Source: Schmidtea polychroa (taxonomy: Eukaryota). From it: a stretch of DNA of 64,000 nucleotides. The notes under the pieces are model-generated. The model was given only the letters and a program-made list of their open reading frames with translations. It was not told the origin of the DNA and ran no database searches. The first letter of the stretch is position 1; each line of letters begins with the position of its first letter. The stretch covers positions 56,358,001 through 56,422,000 of the forward strand of contig CM097888.1 of the NCBI GenBank assembly GCA_044892525.1, written 5' to 3'. The translations under genes and the position numbers were made by a program. Of this stretch, positions 22,704 through 30,954 are shown in pieces.

Positions 22704-25700
22704 GCATAGTATTGATGAGTGCCAAAAGCTCGAAAATAGTCTACAAGTTAAAAATGCTAAAGGTTTACGAATGCACTTGTAAACAGTTTCTTTGTATGAC
22801 GGTGTCTCCAGAGGCGAATATGATTTTTCATACGCCATGTTTACAAGTTTGCAAATATTTTTTTCTGTGATTTAGCTAATTTGCAAGTGATGTGATTTCC
22901 AGAATAGCAGGTAAAGAATGCAATAGAGTTGAATCAGCAATATTGTATACTTACCTGGCGCGAAGAGAAATCTTCGCGTCTCCTGCATAGTACTGATGAG
23001 AGCCAAAAGCTCAAAACTAGTCCACTATTGGGATTTGCACTGGGTATCACAGTGAGCGCCGTAAATTTTATAAAAGCCATAAATTTGATAAAATTGAAAA
23101 AAAATTGAAAAATTATAAACAAAACAAAATTAAAGAAAATCGAAAAAAAAATTAGTTTAATATATAAATTAAAATTTTAAATATATGCAAAAATAATTAT
23201 TATTTTTTGACATTTTTGTTTATAAGTTATAAAACTTTAAAAAATTGAGAAGAAAATTTTATAATACATTCATACCTCGCTTTACGGCCTAGATACGTTC
23301 CAAGAAAGTTGGCCGCAAAGCGAAACGCCGCATAATGAATCAAATATTTTGATACAATTCCATATACTTTCCATATACAATTCCATATACAATTCACACT
23401 TTTTTTGGCCGTATAACGAAACATTTTAGGCCGTAAATCGAAAAAGGGCCGTAATTAAAGTAGGCCGTTATAGCGAAAAGCCGTATAAAGAGCAGCCGTA
23501 TAGCGAGGTATGAGTGTAATCTAGTTATCCACATTTACGAATTAATTTTGAAATAAAAGGTGAAAAGAATATATTTGAAAGAATATATGTTTGAAAGAAA
23601 TTTATTTTTTTCTTAAATTTTTTGTTTAAAGAAAACATTAGACTGTTGAATTTTTGTAAGCTAATGTTAATTTAATATTATTTTTTTATTGTTTTTTTTG
23701 TTCGTTTGTTATCCTAGTCATTGAAATAAAATGATGTAATATATAATATTAATATATGTATATGCAATAATGTGTAATATTATTAATAAACATAATATAT
23801 TTTTGTAAAAATTAGTTTTTTAGGGGCGCATTATAGTTTATAGCACAGGGGCGACAAATTTCTAAAGACGCCTTTATATATATGTTGAGGTCTGTAAATT
23901 AAAATTAAAAATTCAAATAAAATTTAGAATAATAATTCAAATGGAAAGTAAGCGAGGAAAAAAGGCAAATAAAAGCGGGATCGTGCACAGAATCAATAGT
24001 AAAGGAAAGTGTGATAGAAACAGTATTAGAAAATGCCAAAAGCAATTACGAAAGGCGAGAATCCGGAAATCCGAGAAAAATCAATAAAGGGAAAAATCAT
24101 CGAAATCGAATGGGAAAAACGGGACAGGTATAGATTAGCTAATGGTCAACAAGATGATGGTTAGGGATTTATCAGAAAAGGGTTAGGAAGGGTCGAAAAA
24201 CATTCAAATGTACGAAAACAGAAAACGTTAATTAATTAATTAATTGGCTAATGGAAAACCCGAGTTAATGGGAAACCCGAGCCAATGGAGAACCCGAGAG
24301 ATAAAGGAAACCCGAGCTGGGTAAACAAGAAGAAAGGCAAACAAAAGGAAGATTTGGGCCCATTAGCTTGACACAATGATTAATGGGAAAAGAGTAAGGA
24401 GAAGATAGCGCGCGTAGGAAGACCGGTAGGGCCATTAATTATCTGGATTCGTTGGACCATTATGGATGACAACCGAAGCAAACACGTAGGAGAAAATGTC
24501 AAACGAAAGATTGGCTCGACAATAACCATTTGTCATCCTGATTTCGAGGAGTATATAAGCAAAGGGAAAATCAGAGAAAATCGGCATTTTGCCTCAGGTA
24601 GGGTAAGAAGAATCGAGAATAGTCGAGAGGTAAAAAACGAATTTAGGGAAGTAGGGAAAAGAAGAAATAGAATTAAGAATACGGAAAGGCAGAAAGGGAT
24701 CAAACCAAAGAGAAACCGAGGAAAAAGAGAGTCGAGAGAACTAAAGGAACAAAAGGTGAATATTGTTTGTTGGCAAAGCATCAACGCCGAGCGGAGAATC
24801 GTATAAAACTTTGATTGGTAATTGTAGCGTGATAATAAATTGTGAACTTGTTGTTTCAATATACGTTGGGTCGCTCATTGTTTTAATTTAAAGAACACCA
24901 GGAGTCAGAGAGAACCGANNNNNNNNNNNNNNNNNNNNNNNNNNNNNNNNNNNNNNNNNNNNNNNNNNNNNNNNNNNNNNNNNNNNNNNNNNNNNNNNNN
25001 NNNNNNNNNNNNNNNNNNNNNNNNNNNNNNNNNNNNNNNNNNNNNNNNNNNNNNNNNNNNNNNNNNNNNNNNNNNNNNNNNNNNNNNNNNACAAAAATAA
25101 CAATAATAGTAATAAATTTAAATAAAGTTAATAAATAAATAAAAATATTTACATTAAAGTAGGCGTAATAAATATCTTTCTTTACATTGTTGGATAAAAT
25201 TAATAAAAATAAAAATTGGATAATTAAAAGCATTATGTATGTCAACGGCTCCTACATTGCAGGAGAATGTCATTTATCATCAGTTAAATTTCGACCATAA
25301 ATCAATGTTGCCCTATTTAACACAGATTTTTGACACTTCTTTCTTCAATGGGATTTCGACCGATTTGAATCTTGAGAGTAATTTTTTATACAATATACCC
25401 AGTTCCAAGACCATATATATTACGACACACGAAGTATATTTATATATTTCAAAGAGATTAAAAAACTGTAATGTTCGTTCTATAATTAGGAATTAGATAA
25501 AGTCCGAAACAATATGCAAGAACTACACGTGTTCAGTCAAATCACAATACCTTTAGTTTATACTCAAGTTAGTTTATGTTTATGATGAAGCTTTCTTTAG
25601 AAATAAATATTATTTTATTCTTTATAGGTTGTCATCATTGCTGTGTATAGCTTTTTCCTATGTGAATTGATGGCTGCTCAGTTAATTTCACCATCAGAAA

Positions 25701-28700
25701 AAGTAGTTGGACATGAAGTTGATACTTATTTTCCAATTTTCCCAACTATCGAATTTTTATTTTTAATGGGGTGGTTAAAGGTAATAAAAAACTTTTATAA
25801 AATTATAACTAATGTCAATTTTGTGAGTTTGTTACAAACTATTTGACTTGACTGTAGAAAGCCGAAACGTGGTGTTTTGACGCCGTCATGTGACACAGGA
25901 CATTATAGTTTTCTTAAACATAAACTCTCATTTCAATAAAAGTAAAAAAACAACTGTTTGCATAAAGTGAATATTTAAAAAAATAAAAATGCAAAAGAAA
26001 CATACTCTAATAAAAGCCTTCACTAAAAGATTTATAAAACAAAATGAGAAAAAATGTATTATATAAAAGTTATTGAAAAATGTTTAATGAAAACTTTCCA
26101 ATGGGTTACACTTTCACTATTTTAAATGGAGTCTTTCAGTTCACTGGCCCATCGAAAAATTATGCGAAAGTCTTTTGAGTTACACAAATGTGTTTCGTTT
26201 TCTGTAACTTTCAAAAATTATCCTGATCCTGATATCTGCTGTGACGTATTTTCTGCGGTTCAGGCGGCTCATCTCCACGAATGAATTGTTCATATACTAG
26301 GTCACGCCCTTATTGAACACCTCGAATTCAATCTATAAATTTCCAAATGCTAGGTGATCCATCCAAAGTTCAGCTTTCAATCCTCTGTGTGTAGCTTTAA
26401 CATAGTCTTTGGTATGATCCTCTCCATTTACTGTTCTCTCGTAGACAGACTACAAAGGAGGAGGAATCAATGCACGACGTAACGTCTGGTTATGATTTTG
26501 ACGTCATATGTAAACGTCCTGAAACCAGTTTATGCTTGGCGTGAGGTCCTCCGCAATTTCATTTTCCAGTGCCTCCAATAAACGAGAGCGTGACTATCAT
26601 TATGACGTTCAAATTGAAGTCTGGATCCGTGTTATATCTGCGAAGCAGACCTTCGTGAGGTACCTTCTTGCACATGCTCTTCGTCAAATGAAAAATGCAT
26701 CCATGGATTGTAAAATTCAAACCTCTTCAATTGCGGCCTTCTTAAAGTTGATAAAAATTGACGATGAATTGAGATGTGGCCACAATGTTTTAATAGTTTC
26801 TGTAAGTTTCTCCTTCTTTATTTGGTAGTAGAGCATACAAAACCGGTAGCACTAATCCTTCTCTGCCTGCCATGATTATGTATATCTATGGAAAAAGAGC
26901 AGGAGCTAGGCTGAATAAAAAATTCAGAAAAATTTTAAAATTGATTGAGAAATCAATCGGTGCGGCAAAATGTCCTGTACCAAAACGGCTTTGTGTCAAA
27001 TTGTCTGTCGCTAAAGCAGCTGTGCTAAAACGGCGGAACCAAAATGTCATGATTCGGTAAAAAACATTATTAATCAACATATTTGATGCATTTATAATTT
27101 AAAATAACTTCATTGAATTTATTTAACAATTTCAATAAATATATGATTTTAATAATTATAAAACCAATTGAGAGCAGATTTTAAATATCAATAAATTATT
27201 ATTATCTTATTGCTATCCTCGATTGACTTGATTTTTTTCTTTACAACTATGCCACTTTTCAAAACTTATATTCTAATCTTGGGAAACAAAGTGTTAATAG
27301 AAATATATTTTATCAATTCTTTCTTATATTTTATTACAAAAACAAATATAAAAATGAATTGAAATTTTTTATTACTGTTCGATTTTAATATTAAAATAAG
27401 ATCAAAATTCGCCACCCCGTTTTATTATTATACACGTTTGGAAAATTTATTAATTAAACACTTTATAAGTAACTATTAGTCAATAACATGTTTTTATCAT
27501 TTTTGTTAAAGTATCCCATTTTTATCATATTTCCAAATCCAAATATTTGTTGTTATCTGATAGAATAATTTCCAAAACAAATATTATTTATTATAAATAT
27601 GGCTTTATGAATTAAAACAAAAATAAATTATTTTAAACAACTTTTATATTATTAGTTAAACTGTGTTTGTGGATAAATTATCACTGAACCTACACTATTT
27701 CTAAATTCAATCTACTACAAGCAGCAAAATGTGAAAACTATACGATGAATGTAAATATGCTTATTAGTTACATACAGTCATGACAACGCGATAAATACGT
27801 CTGTATCAATTCATTCAATAAAATTAAACACATAAAACACATATTTAATACATATTTAAATACATTTAACTTTATTACGTTTTGGTGTATAAGAGTGGAG
27901 AAGAACACGAAAAAATATTTCTTGTTGAAATGGTCATAGAGAAAGATTATTTCCAAATAACGTAATTCTGACTCTGGTAAGTAGTTTATATAATCTAAGT
28001 GGTATATATAATCTAAACCACAGTGGAGTGGCGTAACTGCCATCCAGACCCGGGCTCGCCATTTCGGATCTGTAAAAAGATGTATTATAATAACCAGGTA
28101 TCTCAATATATTTAACCTTTGACCTTATATACTCTTTTCTTATCACTCTTAATTATTAAAAACAATAAATTTACCATAATTTTGCTACGAAAAACAAAAA
28201 CTTTTGTTATAATTATATAATACTAAACCTAAAACAAAGTATGTCAATCAATATGGGACCCGGTCTGTCTAAGTTACGCTACTGAATTAATATAAATAAA
28301 AATAATGTAAAAAAATATATAAGAAAATTGTAAGGAATAAGTTATGATGAGAAATTTCCAGATTCATAGTAGTTTTGTGACACCAGTCAATCCTCGTGGA
28401 TTCAGTCCTGACTACATTAAATATAATTTCCAGTATGTACACCTTAATTTATATTATTTTGCAATGAATTAAACCAAACTGATAGGTAGCCTTGTGCGTC
28501 ATGAATCCTTTCGGTGATGACGAAGAAGACTTTCAAACGTCAAACATTTTGGATTATAACCTCGATTCGACCTTTCGAACTGTATCAGCAGACCCTGACA
28601 TGTTTCCAGATAAACTGGATAAACCAAAAATGATTTATCAATTAGAAAATACATTCGATTCTGATGAACTTGAGATTTTCCTAGACAAAGTTGATTCTGA

Positions 28701-28740
28701 AATTGAAACGGCCAATACTACCAAGTCTATGAACAAGTAA
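7962..28740 (+). CDS. BEST: Bestrophin (Ca2+-activated anion channel family), 8 exons, 1215 nt, 404 aa
   Basis: Exons 7962-8032, 10055-10165, 10219-10372, 14173-14377, 21142-21329, 25490-25567, 25628-25780 and 28486-28740 all have GT-AG ends with compatible phases and splice into one open frame. Motifs: MTINYS..., LWKGSLYKL, IPFYFILGFFV..VIGRW, RLRRTLLRYLNL, EYWIPIQW, IPLVYTQVV, MGWLKVA, NPFGDDEEDF. Confidence 0.93.
9394..9481. repeat. (TA)n microsatellite
   Basis: Pure AT dinucleotide run of about 88 bp. Confidence 0.98.
9521..9645 (+). pseudogene. Degenerate partial copy of bestrophin exon 4 located in intron 1
   Basis: Aligns to 14228-14365 with a 13-nt deletion and about 14 substitutions in 125 nt (about 89% identity, hand count). 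Confidence 0.85.
10055..10165 (+). CDS. BEST: Bestrophin exon 2 (WKGSLYKLIWVDL...YRFALDQKQR)
   Basis: TTTTTAG acceptor and GT donor; encodes the W.GS.YKL motif and TM1. Confidence 0.92.
10219..10372 (+). CDS. BEST: Bestrophin exon 3 (MFVKL...IPFYFILGFFV...RW...PW)
   Basis: Follows a 53-bp intron; carries the pore neck I/F/F residues equivalent to BEST1 I76/F80/F84. Confidence 0.92.
11938..12331 (+). mobile_element. Probable non-autonomous Helitron
   Basis: 5' TC-TATAAAA start, internal TGTCTGTCTGTCAC motif, and a 3' GC hairpin CCCGAGC-AA-AGCTGGG (12303-12318) about 10 nt before a degenerate end. No clean CTRR terminus. Confidence 0.4.
12450..13633 (-). mobile_element. Internally deleted, decayed piggyBac transposon
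   Basis: TTAA at 12446-12449 and 13634-13637 with imperfect TIRs (CCTTATTATTACTAGGTT versus TCCTATTAACACTAGGTT). Frameshifted transposase pieces carry TIDEQLVPF, TFDNYFTS and GGVDTLDQ, covering the three catalytic Asp regions. Confidence 0.88.
14173..14377 (+). CDS. BEST: Bestrophin exon 4 (STINGNEWEKSLRLRRTLLRYLNL...RF...)
   Basis: TTCAG acceptor, phase 0 in and phase 1 out; R.RRTL.RY.NL motif. Missed by the ORF track. Confidence 0.9.
14690..14830 (-). repeat. Copy of dispersed hammerhead-plus-tail repeat (HHR family B), 5'-degenerate
   Basis: Reverse complement of GGCAGTGC(T)GAAAATT(T)GTGAATATCAAAAAACATCGATATATTTACTGATTCATAGTC..., ending in an (AT)n run; matches 52027-52140 and 43905-44005. 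Confidence 0.7.
15312..15544 (-). repeat. 3' LTR of Gypsy element 1
   Basis: 233-bp direct repeat of 19656-19888 with no differences seen by eye; termini TATGAGG...CCTAATA. Confidence 0.95.
15540..18659 (-). CDS. pol: Gypsy pol polyprotein (protease, RT, RNase H, integrase with GPY/F), in the -1 frame relative to gag
   Basis: 1019-aa ORF with LLDTGA, YLDD, TDAS and HHCC zinc-finger motifs, a DDE core (IFVDICGPL...RVDCG...ERQFRT) and GPYKV. The frame stays open upstream to the slippery site at 18653-18659. Confidence 0.95.
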   Translation of the reverse strand, partial: PKQQSSTSRGVGWSHILTENLMGYPQGAEKWENVGRVSEKVYRFLKREMFEEEVERIGTIETEQVVEILYNRMQGRPSITVRMNGENFDCLLDTGARINVMSVNCFNKLRGQQFTKSDDKLRCANESTIETIGKTKVQVTIGNVLNEVIFIVAEKVTPDLIGGIELQETFGFRLLKVKDIEASEKDKNYICNIEAKFGRKIKDEERLIRALEQLKINEDSKLKEIITNSGNVFMADKWDVGRTHLVKHKIVTRGEPINIKPYRQPLKLESKIEEAIQNLYKNGIIRKYNSPWNTPLIFVWKKEKKDIRICLDFRQLNAVTERQAFPMPNIDEMLDLLGGSLFFSSIDLGNAYYQVELEEESQEKTAFSTKNGQYCFNRMPFGIAAAPGTFQEMMTKVLGKIKRVMVYLDDILIYSSSKEKHYTILGEVLKAIEEAGLRINPEKCQIIKEEIRFLGHIISKEGVQTDPSKIQAIQNFGKPNCVKKLRSFLGICNYYRRFIGDYAKKARMLEQLCSGPSNKILEWSEGTNSVFEGLKLALTTAPILCFPDLKKEFILDTDASFDIIGAVLSQRDKDGKERVIAYGSHSMTSHEKGYCITRKELLAVYYFCIHFKHYLYGRRFTLRTHHKAITFMMTTKKPITSQFQTWINYFSSFDIRVEYRKGINHQNADMVSRTKCDTCVQFQMTHEEAKKGKIKTRLLDSIREEGRSNIQHGMVEEVRKKTMIPENELQETIKEIHRLLCHAGVEKIADYMKDRYVGKHLWSQIQEIVRSCEICQKNKALTITTKEPVKKQDSKEMFEIIFVDICGPLTETKGRKKYILGIIDQYSKYQVLTAITKQDEETIKKTILEKWILRFGCPKEIRVDCGKAFESGMMREFTKMLDIKLCFSSPYHHQTNGQIERQFRTIRDLINATLQDRKKTDWAEILPEVEFTLNATKQKTTGKSPAEIVFGKKISREKWYGSKEIPIKVELEEQTRRKFNVGEEVLLKVETRHKGQDRYEGPYKVIEKVHDRRYILRNEDGKKIERNVDKLKNFLRRGI
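15545..15555 (-). other. Polypurine tract (AAGAAGGGGGA)
   Basis: Purine run abutting the 3' LTR on the element sense strand. Confidence 0.85.
18608..19656 (-). CDS. gag: Gypsy gag with four CCHC zinc knuckles, split by a single frameshift at about 19402-19406
   Basis: Two ORFs (19656-19390 and 19375-18608) join into one if one A is added to an A5 run (…REKRDVLKDLQNLLNYKRK…). Four CX2CX4HX4C motifs are present. Confidence 0.88.
19643..19655 (-). other. Primer binding site TGGTGGCAGCGGT (complementary to a tRNA-Leu 3' end)
   Basis: Directly abuts the 5' LTR; complementary to ...ACCGCUGCCACCA, the 3' end typical of eukaryotic tRNA-Leu(AAG/UAG), recalled rather than searched. Confidence 0.8.
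19656..19888 (-). repeat. 5' LTR of Gypsy element 1
   Basis: Direct repeat of 15312-15544, followed by the PBS. Confidence 0.95.
20090..20915 (+). repeat. Solo-LTR-like repeat
   Basis: Starts TGTTACA...TGTTGAGG, is purine-rich, and shares CGACTAATTAGACA with about 5587 and GGAGTCAGA with about 24901. No TSD found. Confidence 0.4.
21142..21329 (+). CDS. BEST: Bestrophin exon 5 (IQKTYGKIITDAE...YWIPIQWA...)
   Basis: TTACAG acceptor; A+TG across the junction gives Met; contains the YW.P..W motif. Confidence 0.9.
22635..22698. repeat. (TA)n microsatellite
   Basis: Pure dinucleotide run immediately upstream of hammerhead copy A1. Confidence 0.98.
22702..22747 (+). ncRNA. Degenerate minimal type I hammerhead ribozyme motif (copy A1)
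   Basis: CTGCATAGTA-TTGATGA-GTGC-CAAAA-GCTC-GAAA-ATAG-TC-TACAAG. Carries C3U, a stem II mismatch, C15.2A and a damaged stem I relative to the consensus of the two copies. Confidence 0.7.
22983..23028 (+). ncRNA. Degenerate minimal type I hammerhead ribozyme motif (copy A2)
   Basis: ATAGTA-CTGATGA-GAGC-CAAAA-GCTC-AAAA-CTAG-TC-CACTAT. Intact CUGAUGA, 4-bp stem II, palindromic ACTAGT stem III and stem I ATAGT/ACTAT; carries a G12A lesion. Confidence 0.8.
23267..23516. mobile_element. Tc1/mariner-pogo type MITE with subterminal GGCCGTA repeats
   Basis: TIR CA(T/C)TCATACCTCGCT(T/A)TACGGC at both ends with TA flanks. Confidence 0.82.
23883..24918 (+). repeat. Solo-LTR-like repeat running into an assembly gap
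   Basis: Begins TGTTGAGG, is A/G-rich, contains the 17-bp tandem array (24251-24318) shared with 5491-5558, and has GGAGTCAGA near its end. Confidence 0.45.
25490..25567 (+). CDS. BEST: Bestrophin exon 6 (ELDKVRNNMQELHVFSQITIPLVYTQ)
   Basis: IPLVYTQ motif with AG/GT boundaries. Confidence 0.92.
25628..25780 (+). CDS. BEST: Bestrophin exon 7 (VVIIAVYSFF...GHEVDTYFP...MGWLK)
   Basis: Follows a 60-bp intron; VV..AVYSFF and GWLK motifs. Confidence 0.93.
26190..26990 (-). mobile_element. Decayed Mutator-like (MULE) transposase, C-terminal part
   Basis: Minus-strand fragments LVLPVLYALLPNKEGETY, INFKKAAI, GCIFHLTKS and VYERTVNG...ATHRGLK match MULE DDE-domain motifs; multiple stops and frameshifts. 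Confidence 0.75.
28486..28740 (+). CDS. BEST: Bestrophin exon 8 (VALCVMNPFGDDEEDF...stop)
   Basis: GATAG acceptor; acidic Ca2+-clasp loop NPFGDDEEDF; TAA at 28738-28740. Confidence 0.93.
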   Translation, partial: VALCVMNPFGDDEEDFQTSNILDYNLDSTFRTVSADPDMFPDKLDKPKMIYQLENTFDSDELEIFLDKVDSEIETANTTKSMNK

Positions 28741-29672
28741 ATATTTACGATTATTCAACATTAAAATATTCATAAAACAGTGAATTAGTAAAAACAGTAC
28801 ATCTAATAGAAGGTTTCAGTGAATTTAACAAAGAATAAATATAAGAATTACATTGGATCAAATAGAATAAATCAAAATTAAACTTTTGAGCTTTTTATTT
28901 TGGAAATTGGGAAAGTCTATTCGGTTACAATAAACATTTTATTTTGTCTTTACATCTTTAATAAAGATTGTGGGATGATGAATTTACATGATCTATAACT
29001 ACAAAACACACAAAAGTTGGCTGCTAGAGTTTATCAATATTTTCAAATTTATTGAAAAAGATTTTTAAATATTTTGTTAAAAGAAAAATTGTCCTGCATC
29101 ACTTTTAAAAAATGCGGCTCATTTATAAATTAATTTAAAATTATTTGTACTTTATTCTAACAATGATCTGCAAATTTACTGGGATTTGTATTTAGCGGTA
29201 AATGGTACAAACCCAATAGCTTACAAAAAAATAATTAAATTTTAATTGCATATTTAACACTAAAAACTACCAAAAAACTACTCATTTTGACTAGTGTTGG
29301 TATAAGCAGCCAAAGTAAAAAAAACTTTTCTATAATTAAACAAACACAAAATAAAATTCATTATAATAAATATATATGTTTCACTAGAAAAGTCATAACA
29401 TAATTCATAAAAAAATAAAAAATTGATGATGAATTAATGATAAAAAGTAAAACCAATCATTTTGTCACATTTATCAGTAGCACGACGTTTAATACCATAA
29501 CAGTTGGTACCAGACACTTAATCACTATGTTACTTAATATCACGCCAACTCATCCCTGAGACACACAATCCCATGCTATACTCAAATATATGTTTATATA
29601 AGTATAATATACTTAGTATATATAAGTAGCTAACAGAAGTATATATAACAAATACTCAAATATATATAGATA

Positions 29673-30170
29673 TTGACTATGTATGCAATATTCGACTGTA
29701 CTAGCAAAGGAAGAAAAACTGTTATACATTGTAATTTTGAATTTACTAAGCATCGCGACAATGTTAACGGAACGACAGCGTGGCGTTGTATCAAGTCGGT
29801 AAAGTTTCACTGCAAAGCTCGGCTGACCACACGAGGTGATCAAATAATTAACATTCAAAACCAGGAGCATACCAACCAATTCAATGAATCCACTGCACAA
29901 GCTCGTAAGGCCGTATGCAAAATGAAGTCGGTCATGGATGGCATCGGAGCTACACCATTTTCTCAAGGAATTTTATCCGTAAATCTTACGGATGATATAC
30001 TAATGACACTTCCGAAGCGGTCAACTTCTACAGGGAGCGACCGGTGTTGTTCATCCATGAAAGAAGATGTATTCGCGGCTGCATAAACGCATTGAAGAAG
30101 TCGTTGCAGCATACGGTCGAAATGAAATCCTGGTGTTCCATCGTGCAATGTCGCATCTGTCTCACTCACA
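29673..30170 (+). mobile_element. Decayed MULE transposase, N-terminal FLYWCH zinc-finger part
   Basis: SKGRKTVIHCNFEFTKHR...TAWRCIKSVKFHCKARLTT...EHTN is a FLYWCH-type W-R-C...C-K-A-R...H pattern; the frame degenerates downstream. Confidence 0.7.
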
Positions 30171-30345
30171 ATTTGAGAATCACTGTCTTAAATAAACTTT
30201 AAAATGATTAAATGAATTTTATGACTGTGAACGTAAATGTCGCGGTATCCAACAACAATAAATTTATTAATTCAGTTTTTTTTGAAAATTATTCCACTAG
30301 TGATTAAAATTTGCATTAAAACATTACCATCATAATTGCCATGAC

Positions 30346-30954
30346 CAGGGCTGGGGAACCTTTTCATTTCAAAAGGCCACATTCACTTATTTGATTTAAC
30401 ATAAGGCCGCAGTAAATAAAACGTTAACCCCCCTATAAACTATTTATTTTAATTCACATTATAAATTAGCCAAAACGCAATTTAAAATAATCTTTTATGA
30501 AAAAAATATATATTTACAAATCTAATTTATTATATTGTATATTGTTAAAAAAAATGTTATACGTACATAAAACATAATACATATATACATTGTACATCAT
30601 TAAAAATATTTGTTAATGTTTCATTTTATCAACTTTTAATGGCCTATTTGCTTCTGCTTTTTGTTAGAAAGCATTTGAATATTCGGTTCAAGCATAGACG
30701 TTCGCAGTATTAGTTGGTCTTCTAAATGTTGATCAGTTATTTGAGTTCGTAATTTGGACTTTATTTGCGTTAAATAAGAAAATGATGATTCACAGCAGTA
30801 AGTTGTTGAGAAGCAAGAAAGCATTTTTCTGGCATGTTGTCGAAGACGTGGATATTCTAAAGCAGTTTTCCGAATTTCAATTGGGTCTTTTTAAAAATTA
30901 CAAAAAAATAAAAAAATCGCTATTACTCAAAAGGCCGCAGGTTCCCCACCTCTG
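30346..30954 (-). mobile_element. Non-autonomous hAT (Buster/SPIN/Charlie-like) element retaining the transposase C-terminus
   Basis: TIR CAG(G/A)G(C/G)TGGGGAACCT and identical 8-bp TSD GCCATGAC (30338-30345 and 30955-30962). The ORF at 30636-30824 gives FSTTYCCESSFSYLTQIKSKLRTQITD, a hAT dimerisation-domain motif. Confidence 0.9.

Noticed and set aside
22947-23075. U1 snRNA gene
   Set aside because: Only the first 12 nt match. The U1-70K loop (GAUCACGAAGG), stem-loop III and the 3' stem-loop IV are absent, and a hammerhead motif occupies the middle.
25845-25880. GACTGTAGAAAGCCGAAACGTG as another hammerhead
   Set aside because: It has the GAAACG half but no recognisable CUGANGA core or stem I.
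28021-28284. hAT-like MITE (GTGGCGTAACT ... AGTTACGCTACTG)
   Set aside because: Inverted ends are plausible but no 8-bp TSD was found; too weak to list with confidence.
26190-30170. Pack-MULE capturing the last bestrophin exon between two MULE fragments
   Set aside because: The fragments are on opposite strands, no shared TIRs or 9-11 bp TSD were found, and the exon is in its normal gene context.
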